DNA of 64,000 bases. Origin: the human T2T-CHM13v2.0 reference genome, Homo sapiens. Positions 1-12,150 of this stretch are shown here, piece by piece. The stretch's first letter is position 1. Each line of letters begins with the position of its first letter. The stretch lies in NCBI RefSeq assembly GCF_009914755.1, contig NC_060929.1; one strand, written 5' to 3'. A program made the position numbers and the translations under genes. The notes below the pieces were generated by a model that was not told the origin of the DNA, ran no database searches, and saw only the letters and a program-made list of their open reading frames with translations.

Positions 1-129
1 CAGTTCATGGCTCGTTTGGCAGCAACCCTGAGAAGCTTTACAGCCCTAGACCCTAAAAGGTCAAAAGGCCGTCTTATTCTCAATATACATTACCCAATCT
101 GCTCCCGACATTAAATAAAACTCCAAAAA

Positions 130-507
130 TTGGAATCTGGCCCTCAAACCCCACAACAGGACTTAATTAACCTCACCTTCAAGGTGTACAATAATTTAAA
201 AAAGTTGCAATTCCTTGCCTCCACTGTGAGACAAACCCCAGCCACATCTCCAGCACACAAGAACTTCCAAACGCCTGAACCACAGCAGCCAGGCATTCCT
301 CCAGAACCTCCTCCCCCAGGAGCTTGCTACAAGTGCCAGAAATCTGACCACCAGGCCAAGGAATGCCTGCAGCCCAGGATTCCTCCTAAGCTGTGTCCCA
401 TCTGTGCAGGACCCCACTGGAAATCAGACTGTTCGACTCACCTGGCAGCCACTCCCAGAGCCCCTGGAACTCTGGCCCAAGGCTCTCTGACTGACTCCTC
501 GGCTTAG
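130..507 (+). pseudogene. HERV-H gag C-terminal remnant (nucleocapsid)
   Basis: ORF contains CYKCQKSDHQAKEC (CX2CX4HX4C) and CPICAGPHWKSDC, the double zinc knuckle of HERV-H, after a Pro-rich stretch. Confidence 0.92.
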
Positions 508-559
508 CAGCTGAAGACTGATGCTGCCTGATCACCTCAAAAGCCCTGTAGACCACCAC

Positions 560-860
560 AGACGCCGAGCTTCGAGTAACTCTCACAGTGGAAGGTAAGT
601 CCGTCCCCTTAATCAATATGGAGGCTACCCACTCCACATTACCTTCTTTACAAGGGCCTGTTTCCCTTGCCTCTGTAACTGTTGTAGGTATTGACGGCCA
701 GGCTTCTAAACCTCTTAAAACTCCCCAACTCTGGTGCCAACATAGACAATACTCTTTTAAGCACTCCTTTTTAGTTATCCCCACCTGCCCAGCTCCCTTA
801 TTAGGCTGAGACACTTTAACTAAATTATCTGCTTCCCTGACTATTCCTGGACTACAGCTA
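560..860 (+). pseudogene. HERV-H protease remnant
   Basis: VEGKSVPLINMEATHSTL is a degenerate LIDTGATHS motif with the catalytic D lost. Also VVGIDGQ and PTCPAPLLG*D. Confidence 0.88.
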
Positions 861-899
861 TATCTCATTGCCGCCCTTCTTCCCAATCCAAAGCCTCCT

Positions 900-2760
900 T
901 TGCGTCCTCCTCTTTATCCCCCCACCTTAACCCACAAGTATAAGATACCTCTACTCCCTCCTTAGCGACTGATCATGCACACCTTACCATCTCATTAAAA
1001 CCTAATCACCCTTACCCCACTCAATGCCAATATCCCATCCCGCAGCACGCTTTAAAAAGATTAAAGCCTGTTATCACTCTCCTGCTACAGCATGGCCTTT
1101 TAAAGCCTCTAAACTCTCCTTACAATTCCCCCATTTTACCTGTCCTAAAACCAGACAAGCCTTACAAGTTAGTTTGGGATCTGCGCCTTATCAACCAAAT
1201 TGTTTTGCCTATCCACCCCGTGGTGCCAAACCCATATACTCTCCTATCCTCAATACCTACCTCTACAACCCATTATTCTGTTCTAGATCTCAAACATGCT
1301 TTCTTTACTATTCCTTTGCACCCTTAATCCCAGCCTCTCTTCGCTTTCACTTGGACTGACCCTGACACCCATCAAGCTCAGCAAATTACCTAGGCTGTAC
1401 TGCTGCAAAGCTTCACAGACAGCCCCCATTACTTCAATCAAGCCCAAATTTCTTCCTCATCTGTTACCTATCTCGGCATAATTCTCATAAAAACACAGGT
1501 GCTCTCCCTGCTGATCGTGTCTGATTAATCTCCCAAACCTCAATCCCTTACAAAACAACAACTCCTTTCCTTTCTAGGCATGGTTAGCGCGGTCAGAATT
1601 CTTACACAAGAGCCGGGACCGCGCCCTGTAGCCTTTCTGTCCAAACAACTTGACCTTACTGTTTTAGCCTAGCACTCATGTCTGCGTGCAGTGGCTGCCA
1701 CTGCTTTAATACTTTTAGAGGCCCTAAGAATCACAAACTATGCTCAACTCACTCTCTACATTTCTCATAACTTCCAAAATCTATTTTCTTCCTCATACCT
1801 GACGCATATACTTTCTGCTCCCCGGCTTCTTCAACTGTACTCACTCTTTGTTAAGTCCCACAATTACCATTGTTCTTGGCCTGGACTTCAATCTGGCCTC
1901 CCACATTATTCCTGATACCACACCTGACCCCCATGACTGTATCTCTCTGATCCACCTGACATTCACCCCATTTCCCCATATTTCCTTCTTTCCTGTTCCT
2001 CACCCTGATCACGCTTGATTTCTTGATGGCAGTTCCACCAGGCCTAATCGCCACACACCAGCAAAGGCAGGCTATGCTATAGTACAAGCCACTAGCCCGC
2101 CTCTTAGAACCTCTTATTTCCTTTCCATTGTAGAAATCTATCCTCAAGGAAATAACTTCTCAGTGTTCCATCTGCTATTCTACTACTCCTCAAGAATTAT
2201 TCAGGCCCCCTCCCTTCCCTACACATCAAGCTCGAGGATTTGCCCCTGCCCAGGACTGGCAAATTAGCTTTACTCAACATGCCCCGAGTCACAAAAACTA
2301 AAATACTTCTTAGTCTAAGTAGACACTTTCACTAGATAGGTAGAGGCCTTTCCTACAGGGTCTGAGAAGGCCACCGCAGTCATTTCTTCCCTTCTGTCAG
2401 ACATAATTCCTCAGCTTAGCCTTCCCACCTCTATACAGTCTGATAACAGACCAGCCTTTATTAGTCAAATCAGCCAAGCAGTTTTTCAGGCTCTTAGTAT
2501 TCAGTGAAACCTTTATATCCCTTATAGTCCTCTGTCTTCAAGAAAAGTAGAACGGACTAAAGGTCTTTTAAAAACACACCTCACCAAGCTCAGCCACCAA
2601 CTTAAAAAGAACTGGACAATAGTTTTACCACTTTCCCTTCTCAGAAGTCAGATCTGTTCTCAGAAGTCAGATCTGTCCTCAGAATGCTACAAGGTACAGC
2701 CCATTTAAGTTCCTGTATAGATACTCCTTTTTATTAGGCCCCAGTCTCATTCCAGACACC
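900..2760 (+). pseudogene. HERV-H pol remnant (RT, RNase H, integrase) with internal deletions
   Basis: Manual translation gives NSPILPVLKPD..DLRLIN..HPVVPNPYTLL..VLDLKHAFFTIPLHP..FAFTW..VLLQSFTDSP, then FLDGSS (~2020), then the integrase core VDTFT..VEAFPT..SIQSDN..KVERTKGLLK (~2320-2575). Confidence 0.93.
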
Positions 2761-2789
2761 GGACCAACTTAGACTGTGCCCCCAAAAAA

Positions 2790-3250
2790 ACTTGTCATCC
2801 CTACTATTTTCTGTCTAGTCATACTCCTATTCTCCATTCTCAACTACTCATACATGCCCTGCTCTTGTTTACACTGCCAGTTTACACTGTTTCTCCAAGC
2901 CATCACAACTGATATCTCCTTGTGCTATCCCCAAACCACCACTCTTAACTCTTGAAGTAAATAAATAATCTTTGCTGGCAGGACTATGCTGAATCTCCTT
3001 AGGCACTCTCTAATCAGATGTCCTAGGTCCTCCCAATTCTTAGACCTTTTATACCTGTTTTTCTCCTTCTCTTATTCCATTTAGTTTTCAATTCATACAA
3101 AACCGTATCCAGGCCATCACCAATAATTCTAAATGACAAATGTTTCTTCTAACAACCCCACAATATCACCCCTTTCCACAAAATCTTCCTTCAGCTTAAT
3201 CTCTCCCACTCTAGGTTCCCATGCTGCCCCAATCCCGCTTGAAGCAGCCC
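2790..3250 (+). pseudogene. HERV-H env remnant (mostly deleted; TM C-terminus retained)
   Basis: Positions 3089-3172 translate QFIQNRIQAITNNSK*QMFLLTTPQYHP, resembling the HERV-H TM tail. Only about 600 bp separate integrase from the LTR. Confidence 0.8.
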
Positions 3251-3342
3251 TGAGAAACATTGTCCATTCTCTCTCCATACCACCCCCCAAAAATTTTCAC
3301 CACCCCAAGACTTCAACACTATTTTATTTTTCTAATTAATAT

Positions 3343-3355
3343 AAGAAGGCAGGAA
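3343..3355 (+). other. Polypurine tract
   Basis: AAGAAGGCAGGAA lies immediately 5' of the LTR start TGTCAGG. Confidence 0.85.
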
Positions 3356-3789
3356 TGTCAGGCCTCTGAGCCCAAGCCAAGCCATCGCATCCCCTGTGAC
3401 TTGCACATATACGCCCAGATGGCCTGAAGTAACTGAAGAATCACAAAAGAAGTGAAAAGGCCCTGCCCCGCCTTAACTGATGACATTCCACCATTGTGAT
3501 TTGTTTCTGCCCCACCTTAACTGAGTGATTAACCCTGTGAATTTCCTTCTCCTGGCTCAGAAGCTCCCCCACTGAGCACCTTGTGACCCCCGCCCCTGCC
3601 CACCAGAGAACAACACCCTTTGACTGTAATTTTCCATTACCTTCCCAAATCCTATAAAATGGCCCCACCCCTATCTCCCTTCACTGACTCTCTTTTCGGA
3701 CTCAGCCCGCCTGCACCCAGGTGAAATAAACAGCCATGTTGCTCACACAAAGCCTGTTTGGTGGTCTCTTCACACGGACGTGCATGAAA
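3356..3789 (+). mobile_element. HERV-H 3' LTR, LTR7B-like (434 bp)
   Basis: Runs TGTCAGGCCTCTGAGCCCAAGCC...CACACGGACGTGCATGAAA. U3 has CCACCATTGTGATTTG and TTAACTGAGTGATTAACCC, as I recall for LTR7B. TATAAAA at 3653-3659 and AATAAA at 3725-3730. Confidence 0.93.
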
Positions 3790-6700
3790 AGCTCCAACTT
3801 ATAAGGGAGAACACATGGTGTTTGGTTTTCTGTTCCTGCATTAGTTTACTGAGAATAATGGCTTCCAGCTCTATCCATGTCCTTGCAAAGGACATGATCT
3901 CATTCCTTTTCATGGTTGCATAGTAACCCATGGTATATATGTACCAGATTTTCTTTATCCAGGCTATCACTGATGGGCATTTAGGTTGATTTCATATCTT
4001 TGCTATTGTGAGTAGTGCTGCAATGAACATACATGTCCATGTATCTTTATAATAGTATAATTTATATTCCTTTGGGTATATACCAAGTAATAGGATTGCT
4101 GGATCAAATGGTATTTCTGGTTCTAGGTCTTTGAGGAATTGCCACACCATCTTCCACAAAGGTTGAACTAATTTACATTCCCATCAACTGTGTAAAAGTG
4201 TTTCTATTTCTCCATAGCCACCAGCAGCTGTTGTTCCTTGACTTTTTAATTGCCATTCTGACTGGCTTGAGATGGTACCTCATTATAGTTTTGATTTGCA
4301 TTTCTCTAATGATCAGTGATGTTGAGCTACTTTTCATGTGTTTGTTGGCCACATAAATTTCTTCTTTTGAGAAGTGTCTGTTTATGTCCTTTGTCCACTT
4401 TTTAATTGATTGTTTTTTTTCTTGTAAATTTGTTTAAGTTCTCTGTAGATTCGGGATATTAGACCTTTGTCAGATGGATAGATTGCAAACATTTTCTCCC
4501 ACTCTATAGGTTGTTTGTTTGCTCTGATGATAGTTTCTTTTGCTGTACATAAGCTCTTTAGTTTAATTAGATCCCATTTGTCAAGGTTTGCTTTTATTGC
4601 AATTGCTTTTGACATTTTCATTGTGAAATCTTTGCCCATGTCTATGTCCTGAATGGTATTGCCTAGATTTTCTTCTGGGGTTTTTATAGTTTGCAGTTTT
4701 ACATTTAAGTCTTTAATCCATCTTGAGTTAATTTTCATATAAGGTTTAAGGAAGGGATCCAGTTTCAATTTTCTGCATATGGCTAGCCAGTTTTTCCAGC
4801 ACCATTTGTTAAATAGGGAATCCTTTCCCCATTGCTTATTTTTGTCAGATTTGTCAAAGATCAGATAGTTGTAGATGTGTGGTCTTATTTCTGAGTTCTC
4901 TATTCTGTCCCATTGTTCTATGTGTCTGTTTGTGCACCAGTACCATACCATTTTGATTACTGTAGCCTTATAGTATAGTTTGAAGTCTAGTAGCATGATG
5001 CCTCCAGCTTTGTTCTTTTTTCATAGGGTTGTCTTGGCTATACGGGCTCTTTTTTGGTTCCATATAAATTTTAAAATAGTTTTTCCTAATTCTGTGAAGA
5101 ATGCCAATGGTAGTTTGATGGGAATAGCATTGAATCTATAAATTACTTTGGGAAGTATGGCCATTGACATGATATTGATTCTTCCTATCAATGAGCATGG
5201 AATGTTTTTCCATGTGTTTGCTTCCTCCCTGATTTCCTTGAGCAGTGGTTTGTAGTTCTCCCTGAAGAGTCTTTCACTTCCCTTGTTATCTGTATTTCTA
5301 GGTATTTTATTCTCTTTGTAGCAGTTGTGAATGGGAGTTCATTCATGATTTGACACTTGGCTTGTCTGTTGTTGGTGTATAGGAATGCTTGTGATTTTTG
5401 CACATTGACTTTGTACCCTCAGACTTTGCCGAAGTTGCTTATCAGCTTTATTTTTTTTGCTAAGATGATAGGGTTTTCTAGATATAGGTTCATTTCATCT
5501 GCAAACAGAGACAGTTTGACTTCCTCTCTTCCTATTTGAATACACTTTATTTCTCTCTCTTCCCTAATTTCTCTGGTCAGAACTTCCAATACTATGCTGA
5601 ATAGGAGTGGTGTGAGAGGGCATTCTTATCTTGTGCCAGTTTCCAAGAGGAATGCTTCTGGCCTTTGCTCATTTAGTATGATATTGGCTGTGAGACTGTC
5701 ATAAATGGCTCTTATTATTGTGAGGTATGTTCCATCAATACCTAGTTTATTGAGAGTTTTTAACATGAAGGGATGTTGAATTTTATCAAAGGCTTTTTCT
5801 GCATCTATTGAGATAACCATGTGGTTTTTGTCTTTAGTTCTGTTTATGTGATGAATTACATTTATTGATTTGCATATGTTGAACAAGCCTTGCATCCCAG
5901 GGATGAAGCCAACTTAATTGTGGTGGATAAGCTTTTAGGTATGCAGCTGGATTTAGTTTTCCAGCATTTTATTGAGGATTTTTGCATTGATGTTCATCAG
6001 GGATATTGGCCTGAAGATTTCTTTTTTTGCTGTATCTCTGATAGGTTTTGGTATCAGGATGATGCTGGCCTCATAAATTAGGGAGGAGTTCCTCTTTTTC
6101 AATTGTTTGGAATAGTTTCAGAAGAAATAGTACCAGCTCTTCTTTGTACCTCTGGTAAAATTCAGCAGCAAAACCATCTGGTCCATGGCTTTTTTCGGTT
6201 AGTAGGCTATTTATTCTTGCTTCAATTTCAGAACTTGTAATTGGTCTGTTCGGGGATTAAACTTCTTTCTTGCTCAGTCTTGGGACACTGTATGTGTCCA
6301 GAAATTTATCTATTTCTGCTATATTTTCTAGTTTATTTGGATAGAGCTGTTTATAGCATTCTCTGATAATTGTATTTTTGTGGGGTCATTGGTGATATCC
6401 CCTTTATCATCAAGGGATGATAGCCCCTTTTTGTTGTGTCTATTTGATTCTTCTCTCCTTTTTTCTTTATTAGTCTACCTAACAGTCGATTTTATTAATT
6501 TTTTTCAGAAAATCAGCTCCTGGATTCATTGATTTTTTAAACTGTTTTTGTGTCTCTGTCTCCTTCAGTTCTGCTCTGATCTTGGTTATTTCTTGTCTTC
6601 TGCTAACTTTGGGGTTTGTTTGCTTTTGATTCTCTAGTTCTTTTAGTTGTGATATTAGAATGTCAGTTTGAGATATTTCTAGTGTTTTGATGTGGATATT

Positions 6701-8609
6701 TAGTGCTATAAATTTCCCTCTTAACACTGCTCTAGCAGCGTCGCAAAGATTCTAGTACATTGTCTCTTTGTTCTCATTGGTTTCAAAACACTTCTTTTTA
6801 TCTGCCCTAATTTCAGTATTTACTGGAGTCATTCAGGAGCAGGTTGTTCAATTTCCATGTAGTTGTGTTGTTTTAAGTAAGTTTCCTAATCGAGAGTTCT
6901 AATTTGATTGCTCTTAGGTCTGAGAGACTCTTTGTTATGATTTAGTTTTTTTGCATTTGCTGATGGGTGTTTTACTTCCAATCATATGATTGATTTTAAA
7001 GTGCCATGTGGCACCAAGAGGAATGTATATACTGTTGTTTTGGGGTGTAAAGTTCTATAGATATCTATCAGATCCAATTGATCCAGAGCTGAGTTCAAGT
7101 CCTGAATATCCTTATTAATTTTGTCTAGATGATCTAATATTGAAAGTAGGGTGTTAAAGTCTCCCATTATTATATGGGAGTCCAAGTCTCTTTTTAAGTC
7201 TCTAAGAACTTGTTTTATGAATCTGGGTGATCCTGTATTGTGTGCATATATTTAGGATGCTTAGCTCTTCTTATTGAATTGATCCCTTTACCATTATGTA
7301 ATGCCCTTCTTTGTCTTTTTTGATCTTTCTTAAAGTCTGTTTTGTCAGAAACTAAGATTACAACCTCTGCTTTTTTTCTGCTTTCCATTTGCTTGGTAGA
7401 TTTTTCTTCATCCCTTTATTTTGAGCCTATGTGTGTCTTTGCTTATGATATGGGTCTCCTGAATAGAGCACACCAATGGGTCTTGACTCTTTATCCAGCT
7501 TTCCATTCTGTGTCTTCTAATTGGGGCATTTAGCTCATTTACATTTAAGATTAATATTGTTATGTGTGAATTTGATCCTATCATCATGATGCTAGCTGGT
7601 TATTTTGCAGACTTGTTGATGTGGTTGCTTCATAGCATCATTGGCCATTGTACTTCAGTGTGGTTTTGTAGTGGCTGGTAACAATTTTTCCTTTCCATAT
7701 TTAGTGCTTCTTTCAGGAGCTCTTGCAATGCAGGGCTGGTGGTAATGAATTCCCTCAGCATTTGCTTGTCTGAAAAGAATTTTATTTCTCTTTCACTTAT
7801 GAAGCTTAGTTTGGCCAGATATGAAATTCTAGGTTGGAAATTCTTTTCTTTAAGAATGCTGAATATTGGTCCCCAATCTCTTCTAGCTTGTAGAGTTTCT
7901 GTTAGGAGGTCTGCTGTTAGTCTGATGGGCTTCACTTTGTAGGTGACCAAGCTGCTAGGCTGGGGAAGTTCTCCTGGATGATATCCTGAAGTATGTTTTC
8001 TAACTTGGTTCCATTCTCTCCGTCTCTTTCAGGTACCCCAGTCAGTCATAGGTTCAGTCTTTTTACATAATCCCATAGTTCTCAGTGGTTTTGTTCATTC
8101 CTTTTCATTCTTTTTTCTCTAATCTTGTCTGCCTGTCTTGTTTCAGATATGTAGTCTTTGAGCTCCAAAATTCTTTCCTCTGCTTGGTCTATTTGGCTAT
8201 TGATACTTGTAGTTGCATTGTGAAGTTCTTGTGTTGTGTTTTTCAGCTCCTTCAGGTCATTTATGTTCCTCTCTAAACTGGTTATTCTGATTAACAGCTC
8301 CTGTAATATTTTATCATGGTTCTTAGCTTCTTTGCATTGCGTTAGAACATGCTCCTTTATCTCAGTGCGGTTCGTTATTACCCAACTTCTGAAGTTTACT
8401 TCTCTCAGTTCATCCAGCTCAGCCTCAGCCCATTTCTGTGCCCTTGCTGGAGCAGTGTTGTGATCATTTGGAGGAGAAGAGGCACTTGGGCTTTTTGAAT
8501 TTTCAGCATTTTTTGTTGATTTTTTTCTCATCTTCATGAGTTTCTCTAGCTTCAATCTTTGAGGTTGCTAACCCTTGGATGGGGATTTTGTGAGAAAATT
8601 TTTGTTCAT

Positions 8610-8630
8610 GTTGTTGTTGTTGTTGTTGTT
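8610..8630. repeat. (GTT)7 microsatellite inside the L1
   Basis: Directly visible near the ORF1 start. Confidence 0.9.
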
Positions 8631-9832
8631 GCTTTCTGTGTGTTTGTTTTTCTTTTAATAGTCAGGACCCTCTTCCCTAGGGCTGCTGCTGTTTGCTGGG
8701 GGTCCACTCCAAAACCTATTCGCCTGGGTCCCTCTCGCATCTGGTGGTGTCACCAGTGGGAGCTGCAGAACAGCAAAGATGGCTGCCTGCTTCTTCCTCT
8801 GGGAGTTCTGTCCCGGAGGGGCACCGACCTGATGCCAACGGAAACACTCCTGCATAAGGTGTCTGGTGACCCCTATTTGGGGGTCTCACCCAGTCAGAAG
8901 GCACAGGATCAGACACCTGCTTAACAAAGCACTCTGGCTGCCACTTGGTGGCACCAGGAAATCCCACTCGTCAGGGACTGCCTTGATTCCTCAAAGCCAG
9001 CAGGGGGAAAGACTAAATTCTCTGATCTGTGGAGATCACGTCCGCCCCTCCCTCTAGGGGCTCCATCTCAAGGAGATCACAGTTCTGTCCCTAAGCCCCT
9101 GGCTAGAGTTGCTGAAATTCCCACAGGGAGGCCTGGTCTGGGTCCAGCCTAAAGAGTCAGTCTGGCCACAATCTGCCACAGCCACTGTGCTGCTCTGTGG
9201 GGAATCCTTCCTGACTCCACACCATCCAGTTTCCCCAGCACCACCAGGGGAAAACAGCAGGCTGGAGTTACAGTGATGGCTGCCGCCCCTCGTTCCAGGA
9301 GCTCAGTCGTCTTAAGCAGCAGGCAGCTGAAGTGATGGTGGCTGCCTCTCTCTTGGGAAGCCCAGTTGTCTTAAGTAGCTGGCATCTGTAGTGATGGCAG
9401 CTGCCCACCCCCGCCCCCGCCCTCCGCCAGGAACTCAGTAACTCAGTAGTCTTAGGCAATCTCCAGCCCAGCGGCCATGGAGAATTTGCACAGCTCTGTT
9501 CTTGGGCCCCAAGGCACTGGTGGCGTGGGCTCACCAGGGGATCTCCTGATCCACAGGTTGCACAGATCTGTGGCAAAAGCATGGTTTCCCAGGTGGGGTA
9601 GCACACTTACCACCTCTCTTGACTGGAGGTGGGACCTCCCCTTGCCCCTTGCCCCGTGCATCTCCCAGGTGCGCTGTCACTCCACCCTGCTTTTCCTCCT
9701 TCTCCATGGGTCGTGCCAATCACCTAGTCAGTCCCAGTGAGAGAATCTGGAGACCTCAGTTTCTGGTGCAGGATTCACTCACAGTTTTCATTCTTCTCAG
9801 CGGGAGCCTCCAACTGCAGCTTTTTCTAGTCA

Positions 9833-9841
9833 GCCATCTTG
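9833..9841 (-). promoter_or_regulatory. YY1 motif at the L1 5' end
   Basis: CAAGATGGC on the - strand about 10 nt from the L1 start, the canonical position. Confidence 0.7.
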
Positions 9842-10197
9842 GCCCCTCCAACAATACCTTTTATACAGTACTTCTTTAAAGCATATCATTTGATATCTGA
9901 ATATGGCAAGCAAATTTTTAAAGCTGGAGTTTCTTCATTTCAGCATCCACTTTGAACTCCTTTCCAGTCTCACATGCTGGCCTCACATAAACAGCAAGCT
10001 TGCATAAACATGGCAAGGAGAGAACATTATGAAATTCCTGGAAACTTTTTATTCTTCATCAGTTTGTCAACATTCAGAGACTCTCTTAGATTTTGTGTTA
10101 CCTTGTGGCTTGCCAGTCTCTCATCTGGGTCTTCCCCTTCTAAACATTTTTCTTTGTTGCTTCTCCAGTCCCTCCTTAAAACTTATTTTTTTCATCA

Positions 10198-10472
10198 TGG
10201 TGGTGTGGGAGGAATTTGGGATTTGGAGTCAGAATACACTAATAGCAAATCCCACCTCTGCAACTTACTCAGCCTAAGACTTGAGAGAAATGTAATATTA
10301 CTGTTTGGTGTTGTTCTAGCTTTAGTTTAGTTTAGTTTTGCTTTGCTTTGTTTCTAGCCATGTGTAAAGGGATGATAACACCTACCTGAGCATGATTGCT
10401 AAGGATTAAATGAAATAATATATACAAGGCACATGCCACCCAATGTGAACACTAAAGAAACAGTAGCTGCTT
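10198..10472 (+). mobile_element. MIR SINE with a simple-repeat interruption
   Basis: TTTGGAGTCAGA..AAATCCCACCTCTGCAACTTACT..TGTAAAGGGATGATAACACCTACCT..AAGGATTAAATGAAATAAT. Confidence 0.75.
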
Positions 10473-11309
10473 CCAAGTTGATATCAAATTATATTAATGA
10501 CTAGTACTATTTAAAGGCATCTGTATAGGACTAACATGGTCCTGCAGACAATATCTAGGTGAAGGTAAATACTTGGTGAACACAGCTGGCAGGTAAGAAG
10601 ATTCTTCCTACCACCCTTTAAAACAACTCCTACTTTGCTTCATTTTATATGTCACATCATATAACAATATGGAAAACTATCATTATGTTCTAATTTGTTT
10701 ATCAAAATGCTTTAGTGTGTCATTTTTTCTAACCAGATTAAATGAAGAGTGGGAGCAACTTTGAAAGAATGGCCATGCCATTGAGGTTGACTGAAAGCTG
10801 GAGGGCATGGCCATTGGGTGAGAGGTGGCAGTGCTGTGGACAGATAGTAGGGGAAAACTGAGAGGCACAGAGGATGGGCTGGCAGCTCCAGTACCCCTTA
10901 GCCAAGATTCAGGGAGATGTGGGGGTGTTAAGAGGAGGGTAAACCCAGGTGGACAGTCTTTCCTAACTAGCACTAATTAGTCAGTCTTGGCTGAAAAACC
11001 TCAGTTGTACATGAAAGAACACCACAGATCTTATAGTGTTGTTTGTTCAAAGATTTTGGATTAGGTTTGGCCATTCTGGAACTCCACAGGCACTATATAT
11101 GCCACTTCATCTCAAAATTTATAAGATATGAGCACATGATTCATAACCTAGGAGTTTATAGCCATCAGTAAAACTCTCTTAGCCTAATGTTGATGTTACT
11201 GCATTCCAGATAGGTTACATTTCTGTAATTGTAGCTTTACCACTTAATTTTTCCCCCTCAGGGTCATGTTCTAAATGTTATCTAGAAGAGCAGTCTTTGA
11301 ATAATCTTT

Positions 11310-11580
11310 GGCATAGCGGTCAGGATCACGGACCGATGGTCTGAAGCCAATAATGCTAACTCTACCACTTACCAGGTGCATAACCTTGGGCACTTCATTT
11401 AACCTCTCCTTGCTTCAGTTTTCTCATATGTAAAATAGGAACAATAATGCCAGCCTCATAGCACTATTGAGAAGAGTAAATAAATTAATCTACATTAAGT
11501 GGTTAAATAGTGCCTGGAAAATAGTTTTGAGTTAACTATCAGCCTGGCACATAGTAAATGTTATATAAATGTTAGCTATT
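11310..11580 (+). mobile_element. MIR SINE
   Basis: MIR core ACCTTGGGCACTTCATTTAACCTCTC..CAGTTTTCTCATATGTAAAATAGG and 3' end GCCTGGCACATAGTAAATG..AAATGTTAGCTATT. Confidence 0.85.
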
Positions 11581-11897
11581 GCTGCTGCTAGAAGCTGTTG
11601 TGGTAAATTCCACATGCTATAGTATTACTTTAAAACACAGTACACTGATCTATCATCCCAGAAGAATTTATTCAAGTTTGCCAGATAAATGTCTAAATAC
11701 ACTTACTCATCAAACCAAACATGAATTTACCCTGTAAGATGAAGGGAAGCACAGTGAAAACATTTTTAACAGAAAATTGTTTAAATTTTAGTAACAATAT
11801 AGAATGTAAATAGTTAATAAAAGCATTTGGCAGACTCTGATGTTGATCAAGTTCAGAAGTAATATGAGAACAAAATAGAATGATTATTTAATGGATT

Positions 11898-12150
11898 ATT
11901 GATTCATCCAATAAGCAACTACCATATGCTTTGCCCTGTACAGAGGTTTGAAGGACACACACACACACAAAATACTAGTTTCCTGTATTTATGAAAGTTA
12001 TAATCCACTAAAGAGAAGCTGGATAAATAAATATTTTAAATCATGGTACTAAGCACAATAATCAAGTCAAACATGAAATGATACAAAAATATACAGAAGC
12101 AAGTGATTTGTATATGGAGGGCACTTGGTGATGGTTTGAGGCAGGCTATA
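11898..12150 (-). mobile_element. L2 3' fragment
   Basis: Degenerate antisense L2 tail (ATTCATCCAATAAGCAACTACCATATG..). Confidence 0.45.

Larger units (their letters stand above)
1..3355 (+). mobile_element. HERV-H internal region (defective; 5' LTR, leader and 5' gag lie left of the window)
   Basis: Gag zinc knuckles, protease remnant, RT, RNase H, integrase and env TM remnants occur in gammaretroviral order, followed by a PPT and an LTR7-family LTR. Many stops, frameshifts and deletions. Confidence 0.97.
3790..9849 (-). mobile_element. Near-full-length older primate L1 (approx. L1PA8-L1PA11), inactive; extreme 3' end cut off by HERV-H
   Basis: ORF2 fragments at 3770-3970, 4382-4996, 5626-5895, 6479-6727 and 6982-7185. 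ORF1 fragments at 7630-7950 and 8082-8555. The GC-rich 5' UTR begins GGAGGGGCCAAGATGGC on the - strand. RT FADD is mutated to FADE (5491-5514). Confidence 0.96.

Noticed and set aside
386-1359. 166-aa antisense and 111-aa off-frame ORFs in HERV-H
   Set aside because: Shadow frames of gag/pro/pol with no independent coding evidence.
8559-9879. Cluster of overlapping ORFs (possible ORF0-like)
   Set aside because: They lie in the GC-rich L1 5' UTR and I see no recognisable ORF0 similarity in this older subfamily.
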